Of a DNA stretch of 64,000 nucleotides, positions 27,701-39,000 are shown in pieces. Position numbers and translations under genes: made by a program. The notes beneath the pieces were generated by a model. It searched no databases, had not been told where the DNA came from, and worked only from the letters and a program-made list of their open reading frames with translations. The DNA is taken from contig NMRA01000022.1 of assembly GCA_002633005.1 (NCBI GenBank), forward strand, positions 1,232,518-1,296,517. The letters are read 5' to 3'. How positions within the stretch are numbered: position 1 is the first letter of the stretch; each line of letters begins with the position of its first letter. This DNA is from Phoronis australis. Lineage: Eukaryota > Animalia > Phoronida.

Positions 27701-28721
27701 AGCATGTGCTTTTGTTCATTTGAAAAGCTCAATGCCACGGGGTACTACGCAATAGACATGCAGTTTGTGAACCAATTGCTTTTAAGTGAATTCAACAAAG
27801 CAAAATTTGGTTTACATTTTGACGGTCTTCCACTGAAAATGTAGGCCTACATACGTTTATATCGCATATTCCGTTTGGGGAGCCAGTGGTTGGGATCTTC
27901 AGGTCATCAATTTTCAGGATCAAGTGTCCATTGCTGTCGTCTGTAACCTTAGTTTGAGTCATGCAACGAGCGTTTTTGAAGGAGTTTTGCACGTAAAGAC
28001 TCTTCAGTGTGTCGTTGGTACCATATTTGTAGACCAGTTCGATGTAGTTGGTGGTAGCAACTGGACTCGTTTTCCGTGTGCAAATGTACGTCACTTGAAG
28101 CAAAACAGATAACGTGAAAAGATTTCGAAACAGCAAATCGAGTTCAGGTGCGATTTTTTTAATAATCTCTAAGAGTGATGTCATATTCGAATAGTACATA
28201 TGCAGACACGTGTATTGAACACTGTATGTCAAATGTGGCGTGCCGTAGTGACCGTATTAGTGTCTGGGCGCTTATTTCTTTTCGAAGACACTTTTGGCTC
28301 GACGCTTATTCCATTTCGGCGCTTATTTGTGACCCGACGCTTATTTAGAAAAGGTGTTTTGAACTGGATTTTCCCAGCGCTTATTCGAGACCACACCGAA
28401 TTAAAGGACCGACGCTAATACGCGACACTACGGTGAGTCCGATTGAACATTGCTGTAATAATTCCTAGTTTATTACAAGAATGATGTTGACCCAATCAAA
28501 AGCCTCGAAAAATTACAGCACCTTTTCTTAAACATAAACTTTATAATTTCTCTGTTCGAAACAAAAATATTTTAGAACTCATTTCCAAAAGTCTTTAATG
28601 AAATTATAGCAAGTCGCACGTGTGCATGTATATCAACATTTGGTTTTTGATACACTGAAAAAATAAAAAAATAATGATACTCACATTGTCCCGGTAGCTC
28701 ACTGGTTTGGGCCGACGATAA
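15594..28721 (-). CDS. Multi-exon zona pellucida (ZP) domain protein, VEZP-like (5' exon unresolved)
   Basis: Exons 28721-28685, 28093-27855, 26905-26715, 26006-25849, 22698-22427, 20241-20133 and 15766-15594 all have AG/GT boundaries with matching phases. Total 1179 nt, no internal stop. Four ZP-N Cys, ZP-C motif FNAFMYGPSQTLCFSADVEFC, RKKR site and TM helix. Confidence 0.88.
15817..16471 (+). mobile_element. MITE family A copy 1 (about 650 bp, TIR TTCTCACAT...ATGTGAGAA)
   Basis: Short terminal inverted repeats. Colinear with 33756-34980 and partly with 47560-47770 (minus strand). Confidence 0.75.
18328..18720 (+). repeat. About 61-bp tandem duplication followed by GA-rich low-complexity sequence
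   Basis: aagaaactgtcaatgaaaacaaagaaaaagagac...gaaggataagtaaaa occurs twice (about 18329 and 18390). Confidence 0.85.
20133..20241 (-). CDS. ZP gene exon: furin site and external hydrophobic patch
   Basis: atttgtag|DTCVNKAARKKRATGNSTTSATVSTAVVVSYDKSAT|gtaaaa. 109 nt, phase 0 to 1. Confidence 0.88.
22427..22698 (-). CDS. ZP gene exon: ZP-C core
   Basis: ccatttag|GTNSRLRVKSLTAYENC...DYCAKP...FNAFMYGPSQTLCFSADVEFCANNDNKCAG|gtgagc. 272 nt, phase 1 to 0. Confidence 0.9.
23955..24893 (+). mobile_element. Non-autonomous THAP-bearing DNA transposon remnant, copy A
   Basis: 24092-24188 reads MEKVAFCSAINCVNLYTKIPDVSFLRF(fs)PKAPER|gtaatg, a THAP first exon. Colinear in inverse orientation with 29863-30810. 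Confidence 0.75.
24956..25040. repeat. Near-perfect hairpin (about 33-bp arms)
   Basis: tgggttattacacggttgtattggccattcga ... tcgaatgcccaatacaactgtgtaataaccca. Confidence 0.85.
25849..26006 (-). CDS. ZP gene exon: linker and start of ZP-C
   Basis: ttttctttcttacag|VLQKTVTAEKTVENLHLIVLKEDSTANTYVITKTLSLGDKVKIRVDMKLPTR|gtgcgt. 158 nt, phase 2 to 1. Not in the ORF track. Confidence 0.85.
26715..26905 (-). CDS. ZP gene exon: second half of ZP-N
   Basis: atctag|LEQNSASG...FTIVKTECNF...IPVS|gtaaga. 191 nt, phase 0 to 2. Confidence 0.85.
27855..28093 (-). CDS. ZP gene exon: first half of ZP-N
   Basis: ttttgcttcaag|TYICTRK...NARCMTQT...GICDIN|gtatgt. 239 nt, phase 1 to 0, three Cys. Confidence 0.85.
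28685..28721 (-). CDS. ZP gene 37-nt micro-exon (end of signal peptide)
   Basis: tatttttcag|LSSAQTSELPGQ|gtgagt. Consensus splice sites, phase 0 to 1, joins the next exon in frame. Confidence 0.65.
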
Positions 28722-28784
28722 CTGAAAAATAATACTTCATGGAGTCCTCAGCTCATTTTTATAACACTGTTCGTGTAACAATTT

Positions 28785-28870
28785 CGCATCCAATCCCTCG
28801 AAGAGTCATTCAGGGCATGCCTCGTAGGATGTCGGCCGGTATCTGCGCTCTGGGTGTGCACCATGTGTAT
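28785..28870 (+). mobile_element. Tc1-like transposase C-terminal remnant
   Basis: IPRRVIQGMPRRMSAGICALG resembles the Tc1 SMPRRxxAxIxAxG ending. Confidence 0.4.
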
Positions 28871-29862
28871 ATTCAACGTAAGGGGGAGGGGCTTCAGCTA
28901 GATTAAATATTCGTGGTACCGGCCAAAACTGATTTGAATTGAAAAATCGAGACACATGGAGCACCGACCCATGATAGACAAATTACGGTCTGGAAAGGTC
29001 CCGCCAGAAACCCCCAAAAGGACCCGGGTCCCCCAAAATTAACCTAGCCGCTACATCGTCGGTACCACAGAAAACAAATGCTATATGATTCCGTACATGC
29101 CACTTATCACTTAATAGCGACATGTGGCCGGCAGAAACCTCCAAAATGTCACCCACTGAATGCTGAATGTGTTAGCTAGAGTAATTATTTAGTTTAGCCA
29201 CTGAACTCACTTCATAAGGGTAGATCAGTAAATATTCAGGTGCCTGGCTTGTTATAATTAAATGACAAAAATGCAGACGTTGAAATACGTGTAGCCGAAT
29301 GCTCAGGCATATATTCCACTCAGTTGATATAATACACTCTTTCACAGTAATACGAAAGGTAGCACTGTGAAATCTCGTCTATCACAGCTTCTCATTGGCT
29401 AAATTAATGAAACCGACGTCATAATATTCAGTCATTCCAATTGGTTGAAATCTGGAAAACCCCTTTCAATTTACTGTTACCAAGGAGTGTACATAAAATA
29501 GCGGTTTTCACTACGCCATCTTGCCATTCGCTGCAATGGTTATAGGTCGAGAGACTAGCGCCCCAAGCGGAGAATACGTAACACTAATTTAGCGTCGCAG
29601 TCCGAACCATGTAAACACTGATAAATTCATACTTTAATGACGTTCGACGTGCAATAGAATTACTGTGTGATTGAAAATGGGAAAAATACGTAAACTACCA
29701 TCCACTTATAATCGAATGAGAATGAAAATGTCTGATTAATCAATATTTTTAAAGTGTATTTGCTTTCATTCTCTTGAAGCTCCTTTCAAAAGCCATTATG
29801 TTTTTTTCATGTTGAGTTCATAATTAGGCAAAACTACCGTTTCTCATAACGTTTCATACCTT

Positions 29863-30810
29863 CATGGACTACATAATTTTATTGATTGCTCCTGAGGGTT
29901 CAGGGGAGAGTTGCTAAGGGGTACAAGGGGAGAGAGCAAACCATGTGGACGCCAAATGGGTGTTGACCCCCTCCAAGAGGGGTACATGAGAGGAGTGCTA
30001 AATAGGTTCATGTAAAACCCAATGGGGTATGCCAAGAGAGTGTTGAGCCCCTCACATAGTCAAAATTTTAGTTTTCCCATGTCTATTGACAACATGGGCT
30101 GAGGTGGTAATAAGATTTGACCCTCGGTTTGAGCATGACCCTAAGGACTTTTGCTTGTAATGACTGGTGGCCATCATGCCCCAGTACCATCCTGGGTGTT
30201 TTCCAACTTTTCATTACAAAGTGCTCCCAGCTCACTGCGCGTTTCATGTCCACTCTACAATTTTAAATGTGTTCCCTATTGAATACGATAGGCTGCTACC
30301 AGTGCAGACAGTTGGTTTGCACAGTAGGTGCAACACAGTAAGAGGAACAAAGCAAGATAGTTATCACTACCACAACACTGTATTTCTCTGATGCTCCCTC
30401 ACATATAATTTTCGTAGACGTACATTGACAACAAATTATCTGCAGCAGGCAGGACGTAGCCTGTGCAGTAGCCTACATACACTGCAGACGACAGCGGCAT
30501 CGGGACTGCGATCGACTTGTCTTCCAATCGTGAACAGAAGACACAAGATGAAAGACAATGCATCATGTTATTGAATAACAAATAATCCTTACATTTCTGG
30601 ATCCCTAAGAAGCGTAAAAAATCGCCTGGGGTTTTCGTGGATGAATTAGTGCCATTTATGGCACTCCAAAATTCGCCATTCCACATTGTTCTCGAGCTTC
30701 CTACTTGACAGTTGCTTATTCACCAATTGGTGGCGCTATTAATAGCGATAACCATGAACTCACAAATTAACTCTCCTATTAAACTACACTCTTTGCTCTT
30801 ACACAGACCG
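29863..30810 (-). mobile_element. Non-autonomous THAP-bearing DNA transposon remnant, copy B (inverted relative to copy A)
   Basis: MWNGEFWSAINGTNSSTKTPGDFLRF is the decayed THAP exon. Shares the terminus CATGGACTACATAATTTT with copy A. Confidence 0.75.
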
Positions 30811-32394
30811 CATTTGACTTGAATAGTTGAAATTTATCAAAACGGACAGTGATCGAAGTAAGACAACACCAATCCCATGGCTAAGCTCAAATACAATGTA
30901 TGTACAGTGCATTGAAGGCGTGTGGAAGTGGTGGCGATGTGATCGATAAACTTCCTACCAAGCATGCGCATTGGTGCCCACACACGGAATTCCGTGTGTC
31001 GTTCTCCATGTTTCCACAGGGACACTTTTCAGTACAGATGGCGCTGTGTCAAAGGGTATTCTTATCGCTGCTCTAAATATAAGGGAAAGCTAAATGTAAA
31101 CACATTATGTGAGACACTTCGTTCTCGTAATGTGGGCTTCTTTGTTGAAGGTATCCCAACTTGCGGACGGACAAGTTCACACTGGAACTGGAATAGACAT
31201 TCGATAAACCGACCAAAACTGATTTGAAATGATCAATCGTTACAGGTTGAGCAGTATGATCAATGGAAAATGCACCCTGGCAAAATAGGACCCACATGCA
31301 TTCGAGGTAACTAAAAAGAACTCCATACAATTCAGTGCATGTCATTGGTAACTGTCACGTGACTGATAACATACACACCTTTGATGGATGCCTCTAAACG
31401 TCTCAGCCTTAAAATATATGCTGCTGACATTTTGATCTGGAGCGACTACATATTCGAAATACACAGATCGAAATTGGTTTAAAATGAACAATTGTGCCCG
31501 GCACACTGAACTAGTCAAATGAAAGCTCGACCACAGAAAAGTGCACGCTAGAAACCCCCAAAATTAAGCTAGCTCAAATATTTGAGGTATCACAAGCATT
31601 GACTTCGTTGTAAATGAATCGGTTCACACTGGTCATTTACGAGGTATGTCTCATGAAAAATATCCATTTGGTTTTGGCTGGTCAGAAGTCATCAAAATAA
31701 ATTAGAACTGGTCATGCTTCCCCAACAAACACAAAAAGATCAAAGAACGTAATCGTGCGTAGTTGGAGAAGTTTAAACTCATCAGCCACGTAACGTTTTC
31801 TTTAGTGGGATCTAAAATAGTTGGGGGCTGTAGTTAATTGTAGCTTATGAGGTGGGGCGGGTTTGAACGCTCTCTCTCACTCACCACCGAGGGGCAGTTG
31901 AGTTCCTCACTTTAGCCAAGGCACATTTGTTTCTTATTTATTTTTAATAACGACTAGGGAGTTGCTTTATTAATTAGTAAATTTAACAGAAGCTAACTAT
32001 TTGCATTGTGCTTCGATGTATTCAGTCACAAGTTTTTCACCGTTACTGAGCTGGGTGCACTTTCAATTTGATTTTTGATTGTAATATTGATCTGACATAA
32101 GCCACTCCTCCTGACGTGGACAGATATCGGTAAAAACGGAATATTTTTGCAACAAAACTGAACGCGTCCGATTGTGAAAATAGGGAGCGATAAGTGATTC
32201 CAACAGCGTTGAAATAGCGGATTTGCAGCGCAGACGAACTACGCATTGCGCATGTGCGAGTTACTTCCTTCGCGAAGGCTCATGGGATAGCTTGTGGTCA
32301 GGCATGTCTTGAGCAGGCTGGATAGTGTGTGCATTTGGAGTGATTTGCAAACTAAAAACCATGTTTCGTTTTTTGCTTTATAATACCAAGCAAG

Positions 32395-32790
32395 TCCTCT
32401 CTTTCGTTTGTAAACACAGCGTAGCTATGATCAGTGACCGTGTGACCGAGAGCACGACTGTCGCTGTGTTCAGTATTGGGGTTATGGGCGTTGATTTCGA
32501 AATCTCCTCCTATTTCAGACAAGTTGAGAGTTCTTGGGTTGCTTAACTTTTGTAGCTTTCGTCGTGGATATGCTAGAGACGTCAATTTTAAGTGGAAACT
32601 CCGTCGGAATGTTGTTCTCATAAGTCTTTTTTCCACCAGGAAAATGTTCGCTGCACACACGATGGCTCCTAGGCAATTACATGTACATCGCACTGGATGC
32701 CGCAGGCATTCGGGGGCGATAGTACATCCTCACAAAAAGTTACTCATTTCAAAATACAGCAAATAAAATCAAATGAACCCGGCATACATA
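32395..32790 (-). pseudogene. THAP-domain transposase remnant with DHSY (HCF-1-binding-like) motif
   Basis: One frame reads PRSHRVCSEHFPGGKKTYENNIPTEFPL (THAP C-terminal half). After a frameshift it reads HTVTDHSY. Confidence 0.7.
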
Positions 32791-33770
32791 GGAACACGGA
32801 GTTATAATTAACACATACCACGACTCTGGATACAATTTAGTCAGCAAAACTTGAATGAATCGATGAAAATCTGTCGCGGTTTGTTCGAGTTCCTCTCAGT
32901 CACGGTTACCGGGTGCTATTTTGAGGAAGTTACGTGAAATTACGCATGTTGACGAATAAAAAGTCCAAGGGACACACATCTTACAAGTTTCACCCGATAC
33001 CTTCTCATGCTATTTTACAAGTGTCGCGCGCTAGCGTCACGCGCTTCGCTCAGTCTCACCTTGCGCCTAACTCACGGGATTCAGTTGACATGCTTTGTAG
33101 TTATCGCGCACGCGGTGATAAAATTAACGGCAACCAAAAAAGTGGAGTTGTAATTCTTCGCCAAAGTCAACTTAATTATCACAACTAAGCTTCATTAAAG
33201 GTATGTATAGAAGTAGAAAGGACCAATGATGAAAGTAAGCGTTTTTTAAATGATAGTTTTAAGTGTAGAGTGTATTTTTGACGAGGTGAAAACTCGAAAT
33301 CGTTAACCCAAATCCGGTCACGGCCCGTTTAAAATACACTGGAGTAACGAAATGAGTACAGAAAGCGAATGGAAGTATTGTAGCCCCTACATGGCCAACC
33401 GAGGGGCTACGTGTTGCCTACTAGATGGCCCCGCGTTCGTTTGAATGCGCTAAATTTCCCCTTACTCCCAGGTCTCCTAATGTTGTTTATCCATTTTCAC
33501 GAAGTTCTTGGTTTGCAGGGAACACGCACAAACTCAGATTTTTATCTCTCTTGTTGTTTTTGAAGCAGCCGCGTATTATGCTTGTTACTATGGCCGCTTT
33601 CGGAATCCTGACCACGGCACCCACAATGCACCATTTTAACCTAATTTCAATATGGCGTCGCTGCAAATCCGCTATTGTGCATATCACGTCAATAAAACTA
33701 GTTTGTTGGTGTTGACATTTTCTGCTTAATGCAGATCAACGTGCGCACACTGCATTTCTCACATGACCTG

Positions 33771-34156
33771 GGCCTGGTCTCTAATCTTTGTACGCGAAAA
33801 AAACTCGAAATTATTTTTGGCAATTTCTCTGGTCCTTTTGTGCAAGTCAAGATAAATAGTTATCAGACTGTGCTTAATTAAATGAGGGTCTATGCATATG
33901 AATTTCTAGTCCAACTTTGCACTTGAAGGACCTTATATTCGTGCTACAAACTCGAGTAAAAACTCAAAACATCGAGTTCAAACTCGAACTTTTAGCCTTA
34001 ATGTTGGGTTTATCAAATACAAATTAGGACTAAAAATTTTCCACGTAAGTCACTATGTACTCGAGCATAGAAAAATAAACATTCATCGTGAGTTCACATA
34101 TAAGACGAGTAAAAATGTCAAACGTGATTTCGAGTAAAAAGATCAGAGACCGGGCC
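33771..34156. mobile_element. PIF/Harbinger-type MITE, 3-bp TSD CTG
   Basis: TIR ggcctggtctctaatctttgtacgcgaaa / tttcgagtaaaaagatcagagaccgggcc, flanked by CTG on both sides. The empty site is seen in copy 1. Confidence 0.85.
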
Positions 34157-34293
34157 CTGGGATGTGCTACGACACGTCTGGTTAATAACACCAAGTACGT
34201 AATTTTTTATATTACACGGGCGAATCACAACGAAGTGCAACGTAAGAAATCCATACGCCTTACATTTTATCGCCTGCAAAACACTAAAACAGC

Positions 34294-34455
34294 CAGTGCT
34301 GTAGCGGGGCGTAGGTGCACGTGTGCGCAGCTAACCACCATTTGACATTTGAACGTAGCGCTTACGCACCGTAAGTCACGTTCAGTGCTCAAGGTGATAC
34401 GGTGGGCTCTAGGCCACTACTTGCATGTACCTCTAATTTTACCACTACAGTACTG
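34294..34455. mobile_element. hAT-type MITE, 8-bp TSD
   Basis: TIR cagtgctgtagcgg / ccactacagtactg. TSD aaaacagc / aaaacaac. Absent from copy 1. Confidence 0.85.
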
Positions 34456-35667
34456 AAAACAACCAAACGCGCCAACCAAACAATGCCGGAATTCCGAGAA
34501 AATGACAAGGTTATTATTGACAAATCAGGTGTCGCAACTGTACGTACTCCCAGTCAGAAGGACATGCAATCAACTTCTTAAACGAACTCATCTTCAGCGG
34601 CGAATTCCATATCCACGACGTTCATTCAAACGGGGATGAATCCCAACTCAAGAAACGCGGTGGCTGGCTAGCTGTGCTGTCTGAAGGTCAATTCATTGCT
34701 CACGCGCAGGGAAGCCTTGTTGACTGTTATATCAACATTTTTAAAGTTTTAATACTACAATTTCAAAGATTATTCATTATGCTCTAAACTGAATGTTTGT
34801 TACGAAAGGTGAATGCAAGTTACAATTGTTAAGCTTGGAATAAAACTATTAACACAAAGTAACTGAGTTTACTTTAAATTGCGCAAGCGTGTTTTTACAA
34901 AAGTTGCTTCATGTGGTTGAAAGTTTTAGGCACGCAGAGTTTTTCGGCAAAAAAGGTTGTTTTTAAGGTTCATGTGAGATAACAAATCCTAAGCTCGTCG
35001 CAGGTTTATAACATGGGAAAAACCTCTTGGAAATTTCGTCGAAACCCCTCGGCAAGCCTCGGGAAATTTTCAAGAGGCTTTGCCCATGTCATATGAAGGA
35101 TTCTCTACATATCACACTGACTATTTTTACAATAGAATGTTTCACTAAGAACGGATCTCAAAGCTGGAGTCAGGGTTGCAAGCCTAAGGAGAACCAAATG
35201 ATTTTTAAGGCACCAATGATTATCAGTTACGTATGATCTTACCTGAATAATTACACTGACTAGAATACCAGTAAGTGTGTACATCTTTAAGCGCTAACTT
35301 TCAATGTCTTGTCAATCTAAAGCTAAATCACTTGCTCTTGAGCGTCCACGTTACTTCACGAGGAACGCGTCCTGTGCTTGTTGACAAATATCTATCAACT
35401 GTGGGTTTCTTTTTAATAAAACAGATGGCTGTGAAGACTGATAAATATGCGGGCTTGTGACATCGGTGTCACAACAAGAAATCAATGAATTTTATACTTT
35501 TTTCTAAAATATATTGGCTGCAGTTTGACGTACTACGAGTTTTGGTTTAGATGTACATGTATATTATATTAGCCATCAGTTACGACACACCATCAACCAT
35601 TTGGCCTGATGCACACTAACTAAGGGGGTCATTACTTCAAAGAAGAAACATCAGCTATAAAAAATTC

Positions 35668-35820
35668 ATCGTTTGATTTTATCCAATAGGCGACAATTTG
35701 TTATTACGTAGAGTAGAAATAAATATTTTCTGATCTCGGAAAAATAAAAAATCCGTCGTTTGATTTAATCCAATTGGCGACAATTTGTTATTACGTAGAT
35801 TAGAAATAATTCCTGATCTG
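35668..35820 (+). repeat. About 87-bp tandem duplication
   Basis: tcgtttgatttWatccaatWggcgacaatttgttattacgtagaKtagaaataa occurs twice. Confidence 0.85.
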
Positions 35821-36499
35821 TTCGTTGCGTAAACTAAGATGTCTTGTCGAGTTAAATGACTAAGTAAAGTCTCGAGCAAAATAATTCTCCGTCACTTTTT
35901 AAAGCATAGAAATCCCTTTTGATATAACTTGGGTGTAATGGAACTGTGAACATTTATTTACAAACTGTCCGGAAATTTGTGATTTAGATAATTGTTGTGT
36001 AATTCATACAGCATTTTCATTGTTTTGCTAAAGCATATCTTCAACGTTAAGACCTGTAAATTTGGATCCTATAGTATGTTAAGAGCATCGCTCTGAGCCA
36101 ACTGGTGCCACAAATTGCCAAATGTAATAAACTGTTAGGCCTATTGGCTTGCTTTTGTCTACGTCACTGCGAAAATCACCCTTTAATTCAAACAGCTGTG
36201 AATAACAACCGCACGCAATGTTCCAGAGCAGACCCATGTCGGTCTTTCGTTGTTTGTGCTGAGATCTCGCGGTGGCACAACATGGCACGAAAGATAACTT
36301 CACCTATCATTTGACGAGCTTACATTAGCGTGATTGAACTTGCGTTTTCTTACTTTAATAAGGCTTTGCTAGGAGTATCTGGTTAGCATCTAAAATAATA
36401 AATTCCGTTGAAGTTATGCTTAAGTGACAAAATTGGGATTTATGGAACGTTTAGCTCTGAAATTGAAGGAATTCAATTCATGTTTTGAACATGTTACAA

Positions 36500-37400
36500 T
36501 GAAGTTCATAGCCACTGCTTTACAACTCAAGATAGTTGATAGGCACTGGTTTACAACACATGCCAGCTAATAGGCAATGCTCTACAGCACAAGGTAGTTG
36601 ATACAATGTAGGCACTGCTCTACAAGGGGGCACGGAACAGTTTGGTTGCGGCCGCGGTCAATTTGGGGTAGGCCAAGTTTGGGGGCATTTTGTCAGTAGG
36701 CATTGCATGTAGGCTTAGTAAATGTGGTTTGTTTGTATTTGTGAACATGCTGAGAATGAAAAAGGCCACTTTCACGGCTGTAGCTACACTCTCCTTCAAG
36801 ATGATGGCCCCCTGTTGCAATTGTGCATTGCTGTGTAGCAACTAAGAAATTGGCCGCGATTTCAGGTAGCCCTCAAACAAGCCAGATTTGCAAAAGATCT
36901 AGTTAGTTGACAGTACTTTTGGACCATACAGTATTTTTGGCATTGCTAGGAAATTTTCTTTCGGAATCTAATGTTGGCTTTAGTCGAACAGTGGCAGGGA
37001 AGTGGTGGTTTGGGTTGAAAAGTGCCGATTTTGCATTTTTTGCCATTATTTTTCTTAGTCTGACTTGATTTCCACTGGGAGTGAAAGGGTCAAAAATACA
37101 AGAGAGAATAAAGATTCTGTGCTCATCTGTAGGGCGTGTGATGTGAACTGACTCACAACGTTTCTTTATTTTCATGCAGTTTTTGACAGAGTGAAGAAAG
37201 GGTCAAGTGTCTATTGACGTGTGTTCTGACAGGCAAAACCCTGTGAGAACTGTTGAGTGCCTCCAGTGAGTTGATAGGCTCTGCTCCATCACTCAAGTTA
37301 GTTGATAGCCACTGCTCTACAACACAAGTAGGTTGACCAGCACTGTTGTCTATAATACAAGTTCAGTGGATAGGATCTGATTTACAAAACACGTTAGGCT
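36500..37400 (+). repeat. Degenerate ~30-bp tandem repeat (gttgataggcactgctctacaacacaagta) split by an ~640-bp insert
   Basis: Copies at about 36505-36625 and 37270-37390. Confidence 0.65.
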
Positions 37401-37969
37401 TTTCACCACAAAACAGGGCAGATCGGTAGCGCAGCTTGCACATCTTCGTCTAATGTTGACTGCTTTGAACCTACATTTTTTCTTTTGTTGAATTAATTAA
37501 ATTTGATAGGTGTGGCGCATTACAGGTGTGCCTATTAAACTGTTAACAGACCCAAGCAGGTGAAACTCAATATGAGTCATCTATTTGTAAAATACGTAAA
37601 ACCTCACACCGCCGCGTGAAATAATGCGGCGTAAAACAAGGACTAAAAACAATTAGCAAAAGTATTGACATTCGTCACTGCTAATTTTTTTGTTAAAAGT
37701 GTGGTTGGTAAGGTTATAATTTGCTTATTTATTAAAGTGACGGATAGATGACGAGTAAACATTCTGTATTTTGTCATGTTTAATCAATTACCCACGACAA
37801 AAGTGATCATCCACAGACATACGAACTCATAAGTCACCTCTTGATAGCTTTCTTCTACTATAACCTCCATATAAACCATGTTGCCATCGAAAATCCCCGC
37901 TTCTATAAAAACGCAAGTGCTATTCGTAAATTTGTGCATTATTCCGTGGCTGGCCGCATTGTAACGGAC

Positions 37970-38005
37970 TAATACGACACCTATCAGGCACAAACGGAAC
38001 CACAT
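37970..38005 (-). CDS. Candidate first coding exon (signal peptide) of the ZP gene
   Basis: MWFRLCLIGVVL spliced to LSSA-QTSE gives a plausible 16-aa signal peptide, but the donor (TTA|GTCCGT) is weak. Confidence 0.3.
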
Positions 38006-38910
38006 TTGAATAGCCCTTAGTGACTGGCTATGCATAAATGTTTAGTAGGCATTTAGGCGCAGACACTAAAACTTCGCTTACAGATGTATGTTGCTCCCCC
38101 TTAAACTCATGATATAAGGTATTGTCCACGCTTATTCAATTCTTTTTAATATGTTCATCTAAACGGTTAGTGTTAAAACGACGAATAGCTTGTTCGGCTG
38201 AAAATAGCGGTTTTTGATGTACTTGATAGGGTGGACTTACTGAAAATTTTAGCTTTGAGTAGGCCTATAAATCGGTAAAACTATTATGTTTTTGTGACTC
38301 GTTATCAATCGCCTTTTCTTAACAAACGCGTCAAATTTATTCAAATAGAGACTTCGACCTACCGTAAAATAGTCACTAGACGCTGGTGGTGTGTAGGGCT
38401 GATCAACGCCAGCTAAATTCCTGTGATTGTGCGGCAAAAGGAAGCGGAGAGTCGAAACACATTGGAGGAGCAACCTCTCTAGAATAAATGTTTTAAACGA
38501 AAATGTGCGCAGAACTATCGTCCAAAACGACTTGGAACATCTTTAGGAATACACAGCTTGCACTGGTAGAAAGCCGGGTGAGTTTGGGTTCTTCTTCCGT
38601 CTTTCAGAAATAGATTGACATTCATACTCATTTTTGGTTAATTTTGAGAGCAATTGTACATATATGTGAAAACCATGCAACATCCAGAAGACGTGTGTAC
38701 ACAACTTTAGTAATATATTCATACTACAAGAATGGATTTTCAGGCAAAATACTAGTTTTCAGTATTTGTTTATTCTATGAAAATAATATAATCCATTATT
38801 TTGGGGGTAATTCCGGTGGGTGAAAATTTTAAACTAATCGAAATTTAATGACTACAAATTTAACGATAAACATATACAACAAACGTACCAGAGTGGCGTA
38901 CATGTACAGC

Positions 38911-39000
38911 TGTAGATGAAGTAATATCCCATGAGACATTATCCCTTCGGTCTCGGTCGATACGTGGAATAATGTCGAGTGGGATATTACTTCATCTACA
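38911..39000. repeat. Hairpin with perfect 21-bp outer arms
   Basis: tgtagatgaagtaatatccca..gacattatccc ... ggaataatgtc..tgggatattacttcatctaca. Confidence 0.9.

Larger units (their letters stand above)
33756..34980 (+). mobile_element. MITE family A copy 2, interrupted by two nested MITEs
   Basis: Colinear with 15817-16471 once 33771-34156 and 34294-34455 are removed. Confidence 0.8.
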
